Made by a program: the position numbers and the translations under genes. Under the pieces are notes generated by a model. It worked only from the letters and a program-made list of their open reading frames with translations, was not told the origin of the DNA and made no database searches. From the NCBI GenBank assembly GCA_051942205.1, contig JAVECO010000136.1, forward strand, positions 1 through 64,000: 64,000 nucleotides of DNA, given 5' to 3'. The stretch is from Coniocarpon cinnabarinum (lineage: Eukaryota). Positions 26,093 to 36,353 of this stretch are shown here, piece by piece (within the stretch, counting starts at the first letter, position 1; every line of letters begins with the position of its first letter).

Positions 26093-27583
26093 ATGCCCGC
26101 CCTTCAAACCTTTTTCATCCTCACCTCCATTGCACCTCTCATTCAAGCAGACACGCTTCTAGGTGCGTACATCTTCCACCGTCATGGCGACCGCACCGCC
26201 AAACAGACGCCGCCCGCCAATCTCACAGACCTGGGCTATCGAGAGGTCTTCACTTCTGGCTCGTACTTTCGAGACCGATACATCAGTTCGACCGCCAGCG
26301 CAAGGATAATTGGCATCAACAGCGATCAGGTCAAGCTCTCGCAGCTGCAAATCTCCGCGCCTGCTGATAATGTACTCATGAGCAGTGCAATGGGCTTCAG
26401 TCAGGCGCTGTACCCAGCTACTGAAGCAGCCGGCAACGAAACGCTCCGGAACGGAACTGTCGTGCAGGCGCCCTTGAACGGGTACCAGCTTATTCCAATT
26501 GCAACAGTGTCAAACACAGGAGCTAGTGCCGAGGATAGTGGATGGCTGCAGTCGAGCACGGATTGCGGCGCAGCTGAAACGAGCTCGAACGAGTACTTCA
26601 TGAGTCCAGAATACTTGTCCTTGCTGAACTCGACGCAGCCCTTCTATGATCGCCTGGCGCCAGTGGTCAACGCCACTTTCTCACCTTCACAGCTGTCTTT
26701 CAAGAATGCATACACCATATTCGACTTGATCAATGTGGCTGACATCCACAACGCGACTGTACCAGCATCAGATCTGCTGACTCCTGATACCTTGTTCCAG
26801 TTACGTACCTTGGCAAACACGCATGAGTGGAACCTCGCGTGGAATACGAGTAGCACCATTCGCGCCATTGCAGGAGCGCAACTGGCTGCCCAGGTAGTGG
26901 ACTTCTTGAATGCAACCGCAATATCGTCCTCCAAGCCTCGACTCGGCGTGCAGTTTGGAAACTACGCAACTTTTACCTCGTATTTTGGACTGTCTGACCT
27001 TTTGAATGTTCCGGGGGTGCGCGGAACGACTGATGACTTCCATGGCGTGTGCGACTATGCGAGCGCCGCGGTATGGGAATTGTACACCTCGAGTGATGAC
27101 CCAACGTACCCCATTCCCACCGAGGATCTTAATGTTCGCTTTGCCTTCCACAACGGTACGAGTAGCAGCGCCAGTGAGCCACAATATTATCCTCTTTTCC
27201 ACGGATCCAGTCAAGGGATGAGCTGGAACGATTTTGCAGCACAAACCAACCAATTTTCAGTTGGCACAACAGAGAAATGGTGTCAGGTCTGTGGAAATAG
27301 CACCGGCAGCTGCGCCCAGTACGCTGGTGCCGTGAACAGCAATATTGGCTCTGATGGTGCGGTGCATGATTCCAGCAGTAGCGATGGAATGAGCAATGCG
27401 GTTGCTGGGGTCATTGGTGCAATGGTGACACTAGGCGTCATCTTACTCATCGAGGTCGCAGCCCTGTTGCTTTTTGGACTGAGGCTCGTCAGAAAGAGGA
27501 AACCTCCAGCTGCGTCTGCAATCCCGGACAGTCATGTCAACTCGGGGGGTGCAGTTTCCACCGTTGGCCATGCGAAGGCGTGA
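26093..27583 (+). CDS. Histidine acid phosphatase family protein with signal peptide and C-terminal TM anchor
   Basis: RHGDRT motif after a signal peptide; hydrophobic helix AVAGVIGAMVTLGVILL followed by RKRK; single exon. Confidence 0.9.
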   Translation: MPALQTFFILTSIAPLIQADTLLGAYIFHRHGDRTAKQTPPANLTDLGYREVFTSGSYFRDRYISSTASARIIGINSDQVKLSQLQISAPADNVLMSSAMGFSQALYPATEAAGNETLRNGTVVQAPLNGYQLIPIATVSNTGASAEDSGWLQSSTDCGAAETSSNEYFMSPEYLSLLNSTQPFYDRLAPVVNATFSPSQLSFKNAYTIFDLINVADIHNATVPASDLLTPDTLFQLRTLANTHEWNLAWNTSSTIRAIAGAQLAAQVVDFLNATAISSSKPRLGVQFGNYATFTSYFGLSDLLNVPGVRGTTDDFHGVCDYASAAVWELYTSSDDPTYPIPTEDLNVRFAFHNGTSSSASEPQYYPLFHGSSQGMSWNDFAAQTNQFSVGTTEKWCQVCGNSTGSCAQYAGAVNSNIGSDGAVHDSSSSDGMSNAVAGVIGAMVTLGVILLIEVAALLLFGLRLVRKRKPPAASAIPDSHVNSGGAVSTVGHAKA

Positions 27584-27696
27584 AGCGGTGTCAGTCACCG
27601 TGGCAAAGTCTGCAGTGGCTATTTCCCACGATCCACGGAATGACATGCAGTTGGCGAGATATTCGCTCAACCCACTTGTGGACCGCCCTGAATGCT

Positions 27697-29085
27697 TCAC
27701 TTCTTGCCCTTGTCCATGAGTTCAACACCTTCCCTAACGACACCGACAAGTCCGCCCATTTGTAGCGCCTCGCTTCCCCCAGCACTGAGCCGGTGTTGAA
27801 TCTCCGCAAGACCTTCGCACCACCTGACTCTCGTCTGTGGAGGAACCTCCAAGTCAGCAAGATTTTCGCTCAACGCAGTGAGCACATCTGCCAAGGCCAA
27901 CCCTCGTGACTGCTTGATTTGATGCAATGTCTTCAGGCAACTGGCTACGTCTGGGGTGCTGAGTAGTGTGTCCTGAATAATTTGCATATCACCTGGATGT
28001 GGTGAGGCAATGCAATCGTATATGGTGGTTTCAGTGATTGTCTCTCGGTCCAGGGGTCTTGGAATCTCGCCGGTCTTTTCGTCGGGCATCGGCAGCGTGG
28101 ACGCGTGACACGCTTGTAGGACATTGAGGGCCCTCCTCATGTCGCCTTTGCTTAACTTCACAAGCGCTTCCACAGCGTTCATCTCGATCTTGACATCCTC
28201 CTTTTGAATAACTTCGTCTACGAGTGATCGAATGGCGCTTTCAGGTAATGGACTGAATCGAAAACGTGTACATCGGGAAAGGAGAGCAGGCGTGAGCTTA
28301 TGCGTATAATTCGCGAGAATGCAGAAGCGAGTATTGGGTGTGTACTTTTCCATTATGCGCCGGAGAGCCATCTGCGCAGCAGCAGTCATGCTATCAGCCT
28401 CATCTAGAATGATGAGCTTAAATTGAGCAAGCGAAGCTGAAGGCGGCTGTGTCGACAGCTCTGTAGAAGATCTTGAAGTAGGACCAAACGCATTGAAGAT
28501 CTGCTTTGTGCTTGAGAATGTCTTGATTTGCTCTCTGGAGTAGGAGATCTTGGTCAGAAACCATGTGTGCTTGCACCTCTGTACGCTGACTCACCTGACG
28601 ACATCTATACCACGGTCGTCGCTTGCATTGAGCTCAAGAACCATCTGCCGCATGTTTTTGCTTCCATACATTTGTCGCGCGAGCGCGAGCACTGTAGAGG
28701 TTTTCCCGGTTCCTGGCGGACCGTACAGGAGGAGATGAGGCAACCGCTGGGCTTGTCAGAGATCACATTCCCGTAAAACTTCCGTCAATCATGCCTCACG
28801 TTTGCGGAAACAAATTTGTTGATCGTCGCCAGGACATCCTTGTGGCCAGAAACATCGCTAAGCGTAGCAGGCCTGTATTTTTCCACCCTGCGACGGCAAT
28901 GATTAGTATGTAATGAGATCCGCCATTCACGCGAGCTTTCCGACATACCATGGCAGACTGTCTTGAGCTTCGACCGGAAGATTCGCCGCACTGCCCTTCC
29001 CTTTACTTTCTGTGGCTCTCGAGCTGAAGGTCATGGCGTCCTGAGTGTCGGCCCCGTCCACATCCATATCTTCGACGTCTGACAT
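27697..29085 (-). CDS. RFC3: Replication factor C small subunit 3
   Basis: [57 protein letters not shown]; three canonical introns. Confidence 0.93.
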
Positions 29086-29392
29086 TTTCGACGATACTGA
29101 AGAGGCGACAGGCTCGATCAAGAAAAGGTATGTCTCAGGATCCTCGGGTCCTCAAGTGGTGATACGCGCACCAGCACACCTGGCACAAGCAAATGAAGGA
29201 TCAAAGACGACGCGTCGCAGTCGCGTAGATTGAAGGGGCGGATTTAGTGTTCATCTTAAGACCGGCCCTGACGATGCTTTCAAGGTCTGCAACTAGGCAA
29301 ATCCGCAAGACACTTGTAATTTTTCGTTGATACCTGCAGGACTTCTGGCGAGATTTGGTCTTGAAGTTCACGTTGGTGATACTGCCAGCAAC

Positions 29393-30136
29393 ATGCCGGC
29401 TTACCAGGTGCGTCCACCACTGTAAAGCTTCTTGTTTGACGGAAAACGGTTCTAACATTGCGCCAGTGAGCAACTGAAGAGCATTCACCTTTTTCTGGTT
29501 CTTGCCATTGACATGCCCGTTGCAGCTCCGTTTTCCTAGACGATACCTCACAGCAAATTCTCGGAAACATTGCAATCCTCCCACTTCGCACACGCACACG
29601 AGGCCCTGCGGCAACCCTTCCACCACTGGCGTCCTCCGACACGCCTCTTACAATCGATGCCTCTCACGACAGCTATGATCCCTGCGATGAAGTTCTCTCC
29701 CTGTTTCGCGCCAACACATTCTTTCGCAACTTCGAGATCCAAGGTCCTGCAGACAGACTGCTCATCTATGGCATTCTGTATGTCTCGTCCTTACTTGCGC
29801 AAGTGAAGCCGAGCATGGCGCGCAGGGAGGCAGAGAAAGCACTTATGAACGTGGCTCTGGACAATAATTTCCCCATGCCTGGAGATGCAGGCTTCCCACT
29901 CAACCAAGCTTTTTCAGCACCCACCGACAGAGCGCAGAGTGAAATGCTTAGGGGATACTTGAGTCAGATGAGGCAGGAGCTGGCAGTCAGACTTTTGGAA
30001 AGATTGTTCATTGATGGCGAAACACCAAGCAAGGTAAATGTCGAAAAACCAATCGAGAGTGCAAGAAGGAAATTAATTCTCCGCGCAGTGGTGGTTGAGC
30101 TTCTCAAAACGAAAGTTCATGGGCAAGTCATTGTAA
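29393..30136 (+). CDS. ARC18: Arp2/3 complex subunit 3 (p21-Arc)
   Basis: MPAYHSVFL after nested splicing of 29407-29525; LPLRTRTRGPA, FRANTFFRNFEI, GDAGFPLN; intron 30034-30088; ends WWLSFSKRKFMGKSL. Confidence 0.96.
29407..29525 (+). other. [D1,2] spliceosomal twin intron (stwintron) in ARC18
   Basis: Internal intron GTGCGT...CTAAC...CAG (29408-29466) splits the external donor G|TGAGC; the external intron ends TTGAC...TGCAG at 29525. Confidence 0.85.
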
Positions 30137-30862
30137 CCAAGCGACGTTTCTGGTGTCCTTCAGAGCCGACGACTGCGCCCGAGCTTCCGATCGCTGGTGC
30201 CGTGACCAGGTCGGCGATATCAATTGTCTGCGCCACAACGGAGACATGGACTGCTCCTGACTTGCAGACGGGGTTTGAGCATGACAAGGGCAGAGATGAA
30301 GCCAAATCCGTATCTCCGTTGCACAATTCGCAAACACGCACCCTATTGGCCGACACAGAAAGGCACTTCCAATGTGCCTGGAAGACAGACCAGGACTGGA
30401 GGAAAGACCAGGATGTCTGTGATCAAAAATAACACATGAGCATAGACAACCCTGGAAAGCAGGTATTCGGACATATCACGTGTTACGCGTCTCTCGCCGG
30501 CAGATCTGTTACCGAGTCATGCGAGTCAAGGCCCCGGAAGACATCCCAAGATTCGAGTCCATCTCCGTTCACCACCGCCTGTGAAGTACTCAATTTTTCT
30601 TTTTCCCGAGCTTTACTTCTAGGTTAATACATTAAACTAGAGATTCATCCTAGATCAATGCAGCTTGTCCACTCTCCTTCCACGTGCTCGGGGTCTTGTC
30701 AGCCTCGACGATCGGCATTAAACATCGTCCAAATTGAACGCACAACGTCATCACGATCTCATTTGCCAACGGCCGTCGTGATCGTCACAATACCTAGCCC
30801 CCAAGCTCTTTGTCGGCAACCCAGTCTTTTCCGCAGCTCTAGCGTAACAATGACATAGCTTA

Positions 30863-33109
30863 ATGGCCGCTCGATACCGTCGTCTTCCCTCTCAGCCTTC
30901 AATGGACATCAAAGATACCCCGCCCTCGAGTCCTGCTTCGCACATCTGCAAGCCATCCAAGCCTTTTTATGAGCACTCACACAGTGGCTCTGCATGGAGG
31001 GCTTGGACTGCGAAGATACGCCGGATTAAAAAGAGATACTTAATCCTCATTGGAGCTGCGGTGGCGGCTGTCATCGTCGCTGCGTTAGTTGCAGGCATCG
31101 TGGAATGGCAGAAAGACGAGTCCGCGCACCCCGCGGTGCAAGATATCGAAGCTGATGTGGTAATATGGTTCGACAATGACCTTCGTGGAATGGATGCAGA
31201 TGGTGCCATACTCCTCAATCGCACCGTATCGGAGGCAGACGCCTCGCTGAATTGCAGCGCCCTGGGTGAACATTTACTGGACCCAAGCTCGATCAACACT
31301 ACGGCCCTGCTTAATTGGTTTGGATACTCAGGCGGTTCCATCTCGCAGTTGTACTGGGTTTCCAAGGATGCAGGTCAAGAATGCAGCGCCCTCACAAGCG
31401 ACAGTCAGGTAGTGCAGCGAAATTGCTCGGAGAGCCTACCGGCCTTGTGCACGTCCAGCGCGGCAGTAGCGGACTCCATCAATCAAGATACCTCCGAAGG
31501 CTGGCAAATTGCAGTGAATTCTAGCGGCCAGAGTCTCAAGGGATATCGAGACAAAAGGAGCTTTCGCTTCTTTGGCGTACGGTATGCGACACCACCTTCT
31601 CGCTTCAGGCACTCCACCATGTTCTCCGACGTGGGCTCCTTCGATGCAATAGAACCCGGCTCTGTGTGCATGCAGGGCACCCAAGGGAGCGAAGATTGCC
31701 TGTTTCTAAATATTTGGACAACTTACCTGCCTCGAAGTGGGAACTTTTCTCCGCATTTGAAGCCGGTCGTGCTCTGGCTGCATGGTGGAGCATTTGAAAG
31801 CGATTCCGGTACAGATCCGACGTTTGACGGTGGCAATTGGGCATCTCGTGGTGATGTTGTTACTGTCACCATCAATTATCGTCTTGGCAATTTGGGCTTC
31901 CTGGCACTCAATGATACGAGCGCTACAGGTAACTATGGCTTCGGCGACCAAATCACGGCGTTAGACTGGCTGCATGAACATATCCACGATTTTGGAGGAG
32001 ACCCAAATCGGATTAGCATAGCCGGACAAAGCGCTGGAGCCGCATCGGCTAGAGCAATGCTTGGTTCACCGATGGCCAAGGGTAAATTCGCTGCTGTCAT
32101 CATGCAGAGCAACCTCGGTGGCTACGGTTTTGCGCAGCCGTACTCGTCTTACATGTCTTTAGCTGATTACGAAGCCAATCATACTGACACCATCATCCAG
32201 CAAGCGGGTTGCGGTGGTGGCAGCTCGCTCTCATGCCTGCAGAAGACGAGTGCAACCACGCTCAGCACGATCCAGCAGGCCGCGTTTTTGGTGCAGGATG
32301 GAGTCTACATTACTAGCCCTGAGCTCAGCTTCAACGATTCTTCGAAGATAGCGAGTGTACCCATCCTGATGGGTCAGATGCAAGGCGACGCCGTTTATTT
32401 CGTTGCTCCAGCGCCGCAGGCGGCGAACCTCACCGATGCGCTTCAAGATACGCCCTGGAATGCGTCAATCCTAGCCAATCTTGCAGACTTCACACGAGGA
32501 GATAGCACCCAGAATGATGTGACAAAGCTTAGCAGCAACTCAACCAACTCGGATGATATCGCTGCTGTGTACAATGTTACCGTCGAAGCCGGCAACGATG
32601 CCATGTTCCGCTGCGTTGATCAAGCAACAGCACATGCAGTTGCTGACAAGACGAACCTGGGTCCGGTGTGGTATTACGAGATGCAACGGTCCTACATCAG
32701 CTATCCATCCAGGCCCGCTTGCAATGCTCCCATTGAGCCCGACTTTCCCTATGGCAACCCCGAGCACCAGACATACAAGTGCCACACTGGTGACAACATC
32801 TTCACTTTCGGCAATGTGGCATTTACTCAGCAACCGGACCGTGACGGTCAGGACATCTCCTTCGCGCAGTTGGCTCTCGACAGTTGGACAGCGTTTGTGA
32901 GGAACCATGACCCCAACCCTGACGCAGAATACTTACGAGCTCGCGGGCATTTGGACACGCTAAAGGCCGTCGAGCAGGCCGACACCTGGCCAGCTGTGAA
33001 TAGCAACAATCCGATGAAGCGTCTATTAAGCACCAGCAGTGTCGACGTGCCTTTCAATGAGCTTGACCAATGCAAGGACCTGGGGTTATCTCTCAACATG
33101 TACGACTGA
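30863..33109 (+). CDS. Type-B carboxylesterase with N-terminal membrane anchor
   Basis: 748-aa single exon; TM helix near residues 59-80; SEDCLFLNIW, WLHGGAF, NYRLG, FGGDPNRI, GQSAG, CHTGD. Confidence 0.92.
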   Translation: MAARYRRLPSQPSMDIKDTPPSSPASHICKPSKPFYEHSHSGSAWRAWTAKIRRIKKRYLILIGAAVAAVIVAALVAGIVEWQKDESAHPAVQDIEADVVIWFDNDLRGMDADGAILLNRTVSEADASLNCSALGEHLLDPSSINTTALLNWFGYSGGSISQLYWVSKDAGQECSALTSDSQVVQRNCSESLPALCTSSAAVADSINQDTSEGWQIAVNSSGQSLKGYRDKRSFRFFGVRYATPPSRFRHSTMFSDVGSFDAIEPGSVCMQGTQGSEDCLFLNIWTTYLPRSGNFSPHLKPVVLWLHGGAFESDSGTDPTFDGGNWASRGDVVTVTINYRLGNLGFLALNDTSATGNYGFGDQITALDWLHEHIHDFGGDPNRISIAGQSAGAASARAMLGSPMAKGKFAAVIMQSNLGGYGFAQPYSSYMSLADYEANHTDTIIQQAGCGGGSSLSCLQKTSATTLSTIQQAAFLVQDGVYITSPELSFNDSSKIASVPILMGQMQGDAVYFVAPAPQAANLTDALQDTPWNASILANLADFTRGDSTQNDVTKLSSNSTNSDDIAAVYNVTVEAGNDAMFRCVDQATAHAVADKTNLGPVWYYEMQRSYISYPSRPACNAPIEPDFPYGNPEHQTYKCHTGDNIFTFGNVAFTQQPDRDGQDISFAQLALDSWTAFVRNHDPNPDAEYLRARGHLDTLKAVEQADTWPAVNSNNPMKRLLSTSSVDVPFNELDQCKDLGLSLNMYD

Positions 33110-33485
33110 TATGACGAGCAGAGTGAGGATTTGAGACAGGATGCATAGCGCGGCGTTTGGGACCGACGGCAGTATTCATAAACGACATTCATAGACACGA
33201 TACCCACGACCAACCAGTATAGATACTTCTAATAGCATCGAGAGGTTTGGGAGATGATTTCAAACCCAGACGATCTGCGTCGCATCTGTGGTCTGATATA
33301 GCTGTGATAGCCCTCCTATGATTTTGAGGCGTCACCCTGCCGTTTCTTCGCCAATCGATATCGTTTTTGTTGACACAACAAATCCTGGGAATAGTAGCGA
33401 AGAACGAGATCCATGTGGACTAGTGTGTGATATATGATGCTACCTAGCGCTTTCTAGATATAACAGTACTGGTGCGTTACAAGTT

Positions 33486-35876
33486 TCACATAATCGTACA
33501 TCCCTCCCGTCGATCCGACACCGCCTGCGCACTGCTCACCCCAGCACTGTTGTCAAAAGGTGTAGCCCCAGGTCTTCCTCTCCTCCTCCCATTGAAGATG
33601 GCCTGTCCCGGTACCCGTCCCATACCCACTCTCTGTTCAGGAAGAGCCCCATATGACGTTGCCGTCGTGGGCTGCCCTGCGCCAGGTTGACCAGGTGGCG
33701 GCTGGTAACTTCGCTGTGAAGCGGCCTGTTCATACGAAGGTAGCTCGTCGCCGCTCTGTGGCGGAGGAGCAGTGGTCTGACTGGGATTGCGGCGACCACG
33801 CGGAGGTATTCGAGGGCCGCGGCGTGCGGACTCGTTGTCGAGATAGTTGCGAGAGAGGCGTTCTTCTCTTTGACGTGCGGCTTGGTCTTCGCGTTGGCGT
33901 TGCTCTTCCTCGTCTTGAAGTCGAAGGGCGAGAGCTAGGTCGGCGTCTTCCTGCTCAGTCGGAGCGCGACTTATTGTTGGGGGATTCTGAGTTTCACCAG
34001 GGCGGGGTTCAGCCGGAGCAGGATTGGTTTTGCTTCTTCGACCGTGTACGGTAGTTCGGTCATTCTGTCCACTTGAAGGTGCTGCTTGATTGCCATGACT
34101 GACGCAACGGAAATCGCCTGAGAATAGCTCGCTTTTGGCACCATTAATATCTGCGAGGCTTTCCCAGACGATCTCTTCGTGTGACGTGTAGCCTGCGTCT
34201 GTTACCAGAGTCATTAGTTGATGTGACTTGGGGTCCTTGAATACAGTTGAGAAGTGGTCGTTGCGGAACAGGATCACGATTTGGCCAGGCTTGATGTCCT
34301 CTTTCAATGACCGTAGCCCATGCTCTGTCAACTGAGTTGGCCACATCGCGAAGAATTGCTTGATGACAGGAAGATCTTGCAAGACATTTTGCTCTTCAGT
34401 GGTGAGTTCTGTTCGGCCCAGCTTCTGCTCCAATTCCTCTTCGCGAAATTGCACGTGCTGAGCATCCTCATACGACACTGCTGTGGATTTAAAGGCAGCG
34501 TGCGCTGGGTCTTCTGAGCTTGGAATCCATCCATGAACTAAGGGAATAGCAAAGGTGCTGTATAACAGCATTTCTTTCGTCTGTTCGAACATGGTACTAT
34601 CGGCGTCTGGGACGAATCGAGGATTGACATTCATTCCAGTGTGCAGAGTAATCAGGAAGGAGTATAATTCACTAACGTCAGGAAGCTGCTGGGCCGTTGC
34701 ACCACGCCGTCCTGACATGAGTTCATCGAAGACAGCGTCCAGAAGTAGACCAAGGCTCATAGTTTCTCTAGCTTGTAACGTGTCGATCAAGATGGTGTTT
34801 GTATCAGGTGGCGTGGATAAACTCAAGGCATTAACTAGGGCTAGGAGCGGGCAAGGGCCGTTGGCGTTTTGCATCAATATCGGTGACTGACGAGGGTTTT
34901 TCTTCGACTGAGGATCATGCCAGTGAATGTTTCTTATTTGATAGAATTCGTTGCGCTGACCCCGGGGTGGAGCTGGTGGCTGTGACTGATTTCCCTGCGT
35001 GTGAGCAACGTCTTTTTCGACGGCGGAGCCCGCTCGGCTGTGCTCATCCATAGATGGGCGGTCAGCTGCAGTGTTATTTCTGGCCGGATGGTTACGTGTC
35101 TCATCGTCGCCAAAATCGATAAGGTTAGCTATGTACGATTTGTCTTCAGTCAGGTTTGACTGTTGCTGTTCGTCCCGGTGGGTTTGGTCATCGATACGGC
35201 CCTCTTCTGCCCATAGATCAGTTGAAGGTGGTGGAACTTGTACTGAAGGAAGGTCTGGCCGCTGTAAATGCGACTCGTCTGCCCACGGGTTGGAGAAACT
35301 CTCTGACTGGTACGCTGAAGCGTGCGTAGCTTCTGGAGATATCAAACCGACATTGCCATCGGTACTTGCTGTATTACTAAGGTGCTCACCAGCCGTCAGG
35401 TCGCTTGGTCGCCGAAACGGATTCGTGTTCTGCTTCTTGACCGGCTGCGTAACGTTTTGCGATGGAATAGCTGGAGGTGGATTCGATTCAGAAGGGTTTG
35501 AGGTCGTCATAAAGCTATCAGAATTCGGTTGGGGACTTGCGGGCTTCTTCAATCGCAAGGGTTCTGGTATCTGATGCTCAGCAAGGTGAGGATGTGAGAC
35601 GTTGCCTTGATTAGCAGATCTCCGCGCGTTGGAAGGTCTATCGTCAATCATTTTGGTTGTGTCATTGTCTTCACGATCGCTAGCATCCCAGTCGGAGCTT
35701 TCCTCGACGTCTGCATCATCTTGAATACCGAGATCTGCCAGGCCGCGCTGAGCTTGGCCGGTGCTTTGCGATGCGGGTGGGGTGTCGGAAGAGAACGCTG
35801 GCTGGGGTTGGGAATCTGAAGGTGTTGTTGGATACGGGGGAGACATTTCATGGCTGACGGTCTGCTTTAAGACCAT
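33486..35876 (-). CDS. MINDY-family deubiquitinase (Miy1-like)
   Basis: QNANGPCPLLAL, LHTGMNVNP, LVHGW, FRNDHFST, LVTDAGY; MIU-like EDADLALALRLQDEE; PSY motif near the C-terminus. Confidence 0.93.
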   Translation of the reverse strand: MVLKQTVSHEMSPPYPTTPSDSQPQPAFSSDTPPASQSTGQAQRGLADLGIQDDADVEESSDWDASDREDNDTTKMIDDRPSNARRSANQGNVSHPHLAEHQIPEPLRLKKPASPQPNSDSFMTTSNPSESNPPPAIPSQNVTQPVKKQNTNPFRRPSDLTAGEHLSNTASTDGNVGLISPEATHASAYQSESFSNPWADESHLQRPDLPSVQVPPPSTDLWAEEGRIDDQTHRDEQQQSNLTEDKSYIANLIDFGDDETRNHPARNNTAADRPSMDEHSRAGSAVEKDVAHTQGNQSQPPAPPRGQRNEFYQIRNIHWHDPQSKKNPRQSPILMQNANGPCPLLALVNALSLSTPPDTNTILIDTLQARETMSLGLLLDAVFDELMSGRRGATAQQLPDVSELYSFLITLHTGMNVNPRFVPDADSTMFEQTKEMLLYSTFAIPLVHGWIPSSEDPAHAAFKSTAVSYEDAQHVQFREEELEQKLGRTELTTEEQNVLQDLPVIKQFFAMWPTQLTEHGLRSLKEDIKPGQIVILFRNDHFSTVFKDPKSHQLMTLVTDAGYTSHEEIVWESLADINGAKSELFSGDFRCVSHGNQAAPSSGQNDRTTVHGRRSKTNPAPAEPRPGETQNPPTISRAPTEQEDADLALALRLQDEEEQRQREDQAARQREERLSRNYLDNESARRGPRIPPRGRRNPSQTTAPPPQSGDELPSYEQAASQRSYQPPPGQPGAGQPTTATSYGALPEQRVGMGRVPGQAIFNGRRRGRPGATPFDNSAGVSSAQAVSDRREGCTIM

Positions 35877-36353
35877 AGTTGCCCAGAAAACCGGCGCTTG
35901 AAGGAATCTGCTCTGATCTTAACGAATGGGAGACATGCCGCACTTGTGGCTCGTGGAGGTGTTGCCGTGTGAGGAGAGCTTGTTTGTTGGGCGAGGAAAC
36001 CCCCCAGCTTGTGCTCGAGGAAACTGGTCTTGTTAGCACAGCACAGCGAGAGAGTACGGAGGAGAGTGTTGCTGAATAACGCTGGAGCCTGCGGTGACGT
36101 ACACAGACTATCTCACACAGCGGATGCGAGCATGGTAGGTAGGTAGGTAGATCCCAAAAGATCTGCACTGCCACACCTTCGTCATCTGTGGCGTAGGCCT
36201 CCCCGCTAAGCTCTCGTCTTTCTATTCACATGAAATTTCGCATCCACCTGAATCGCTGCCTTCTCCCCTCCCACCCATCTCATCCTAGACCCATTGTCGA
36301 GAGAGCTTACGACTGTCAGACATCGAGTGAAGCCTTCGAAACCGGCCTGGAAA

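Noticed and set aside
30117..30858. Long C-terminal extension of ORF 29803-30432 and nearby short ORFs
   Set aside because: Artefact of reading through ARC18 intron 30034-30088; the spliced gene stops at 30136.
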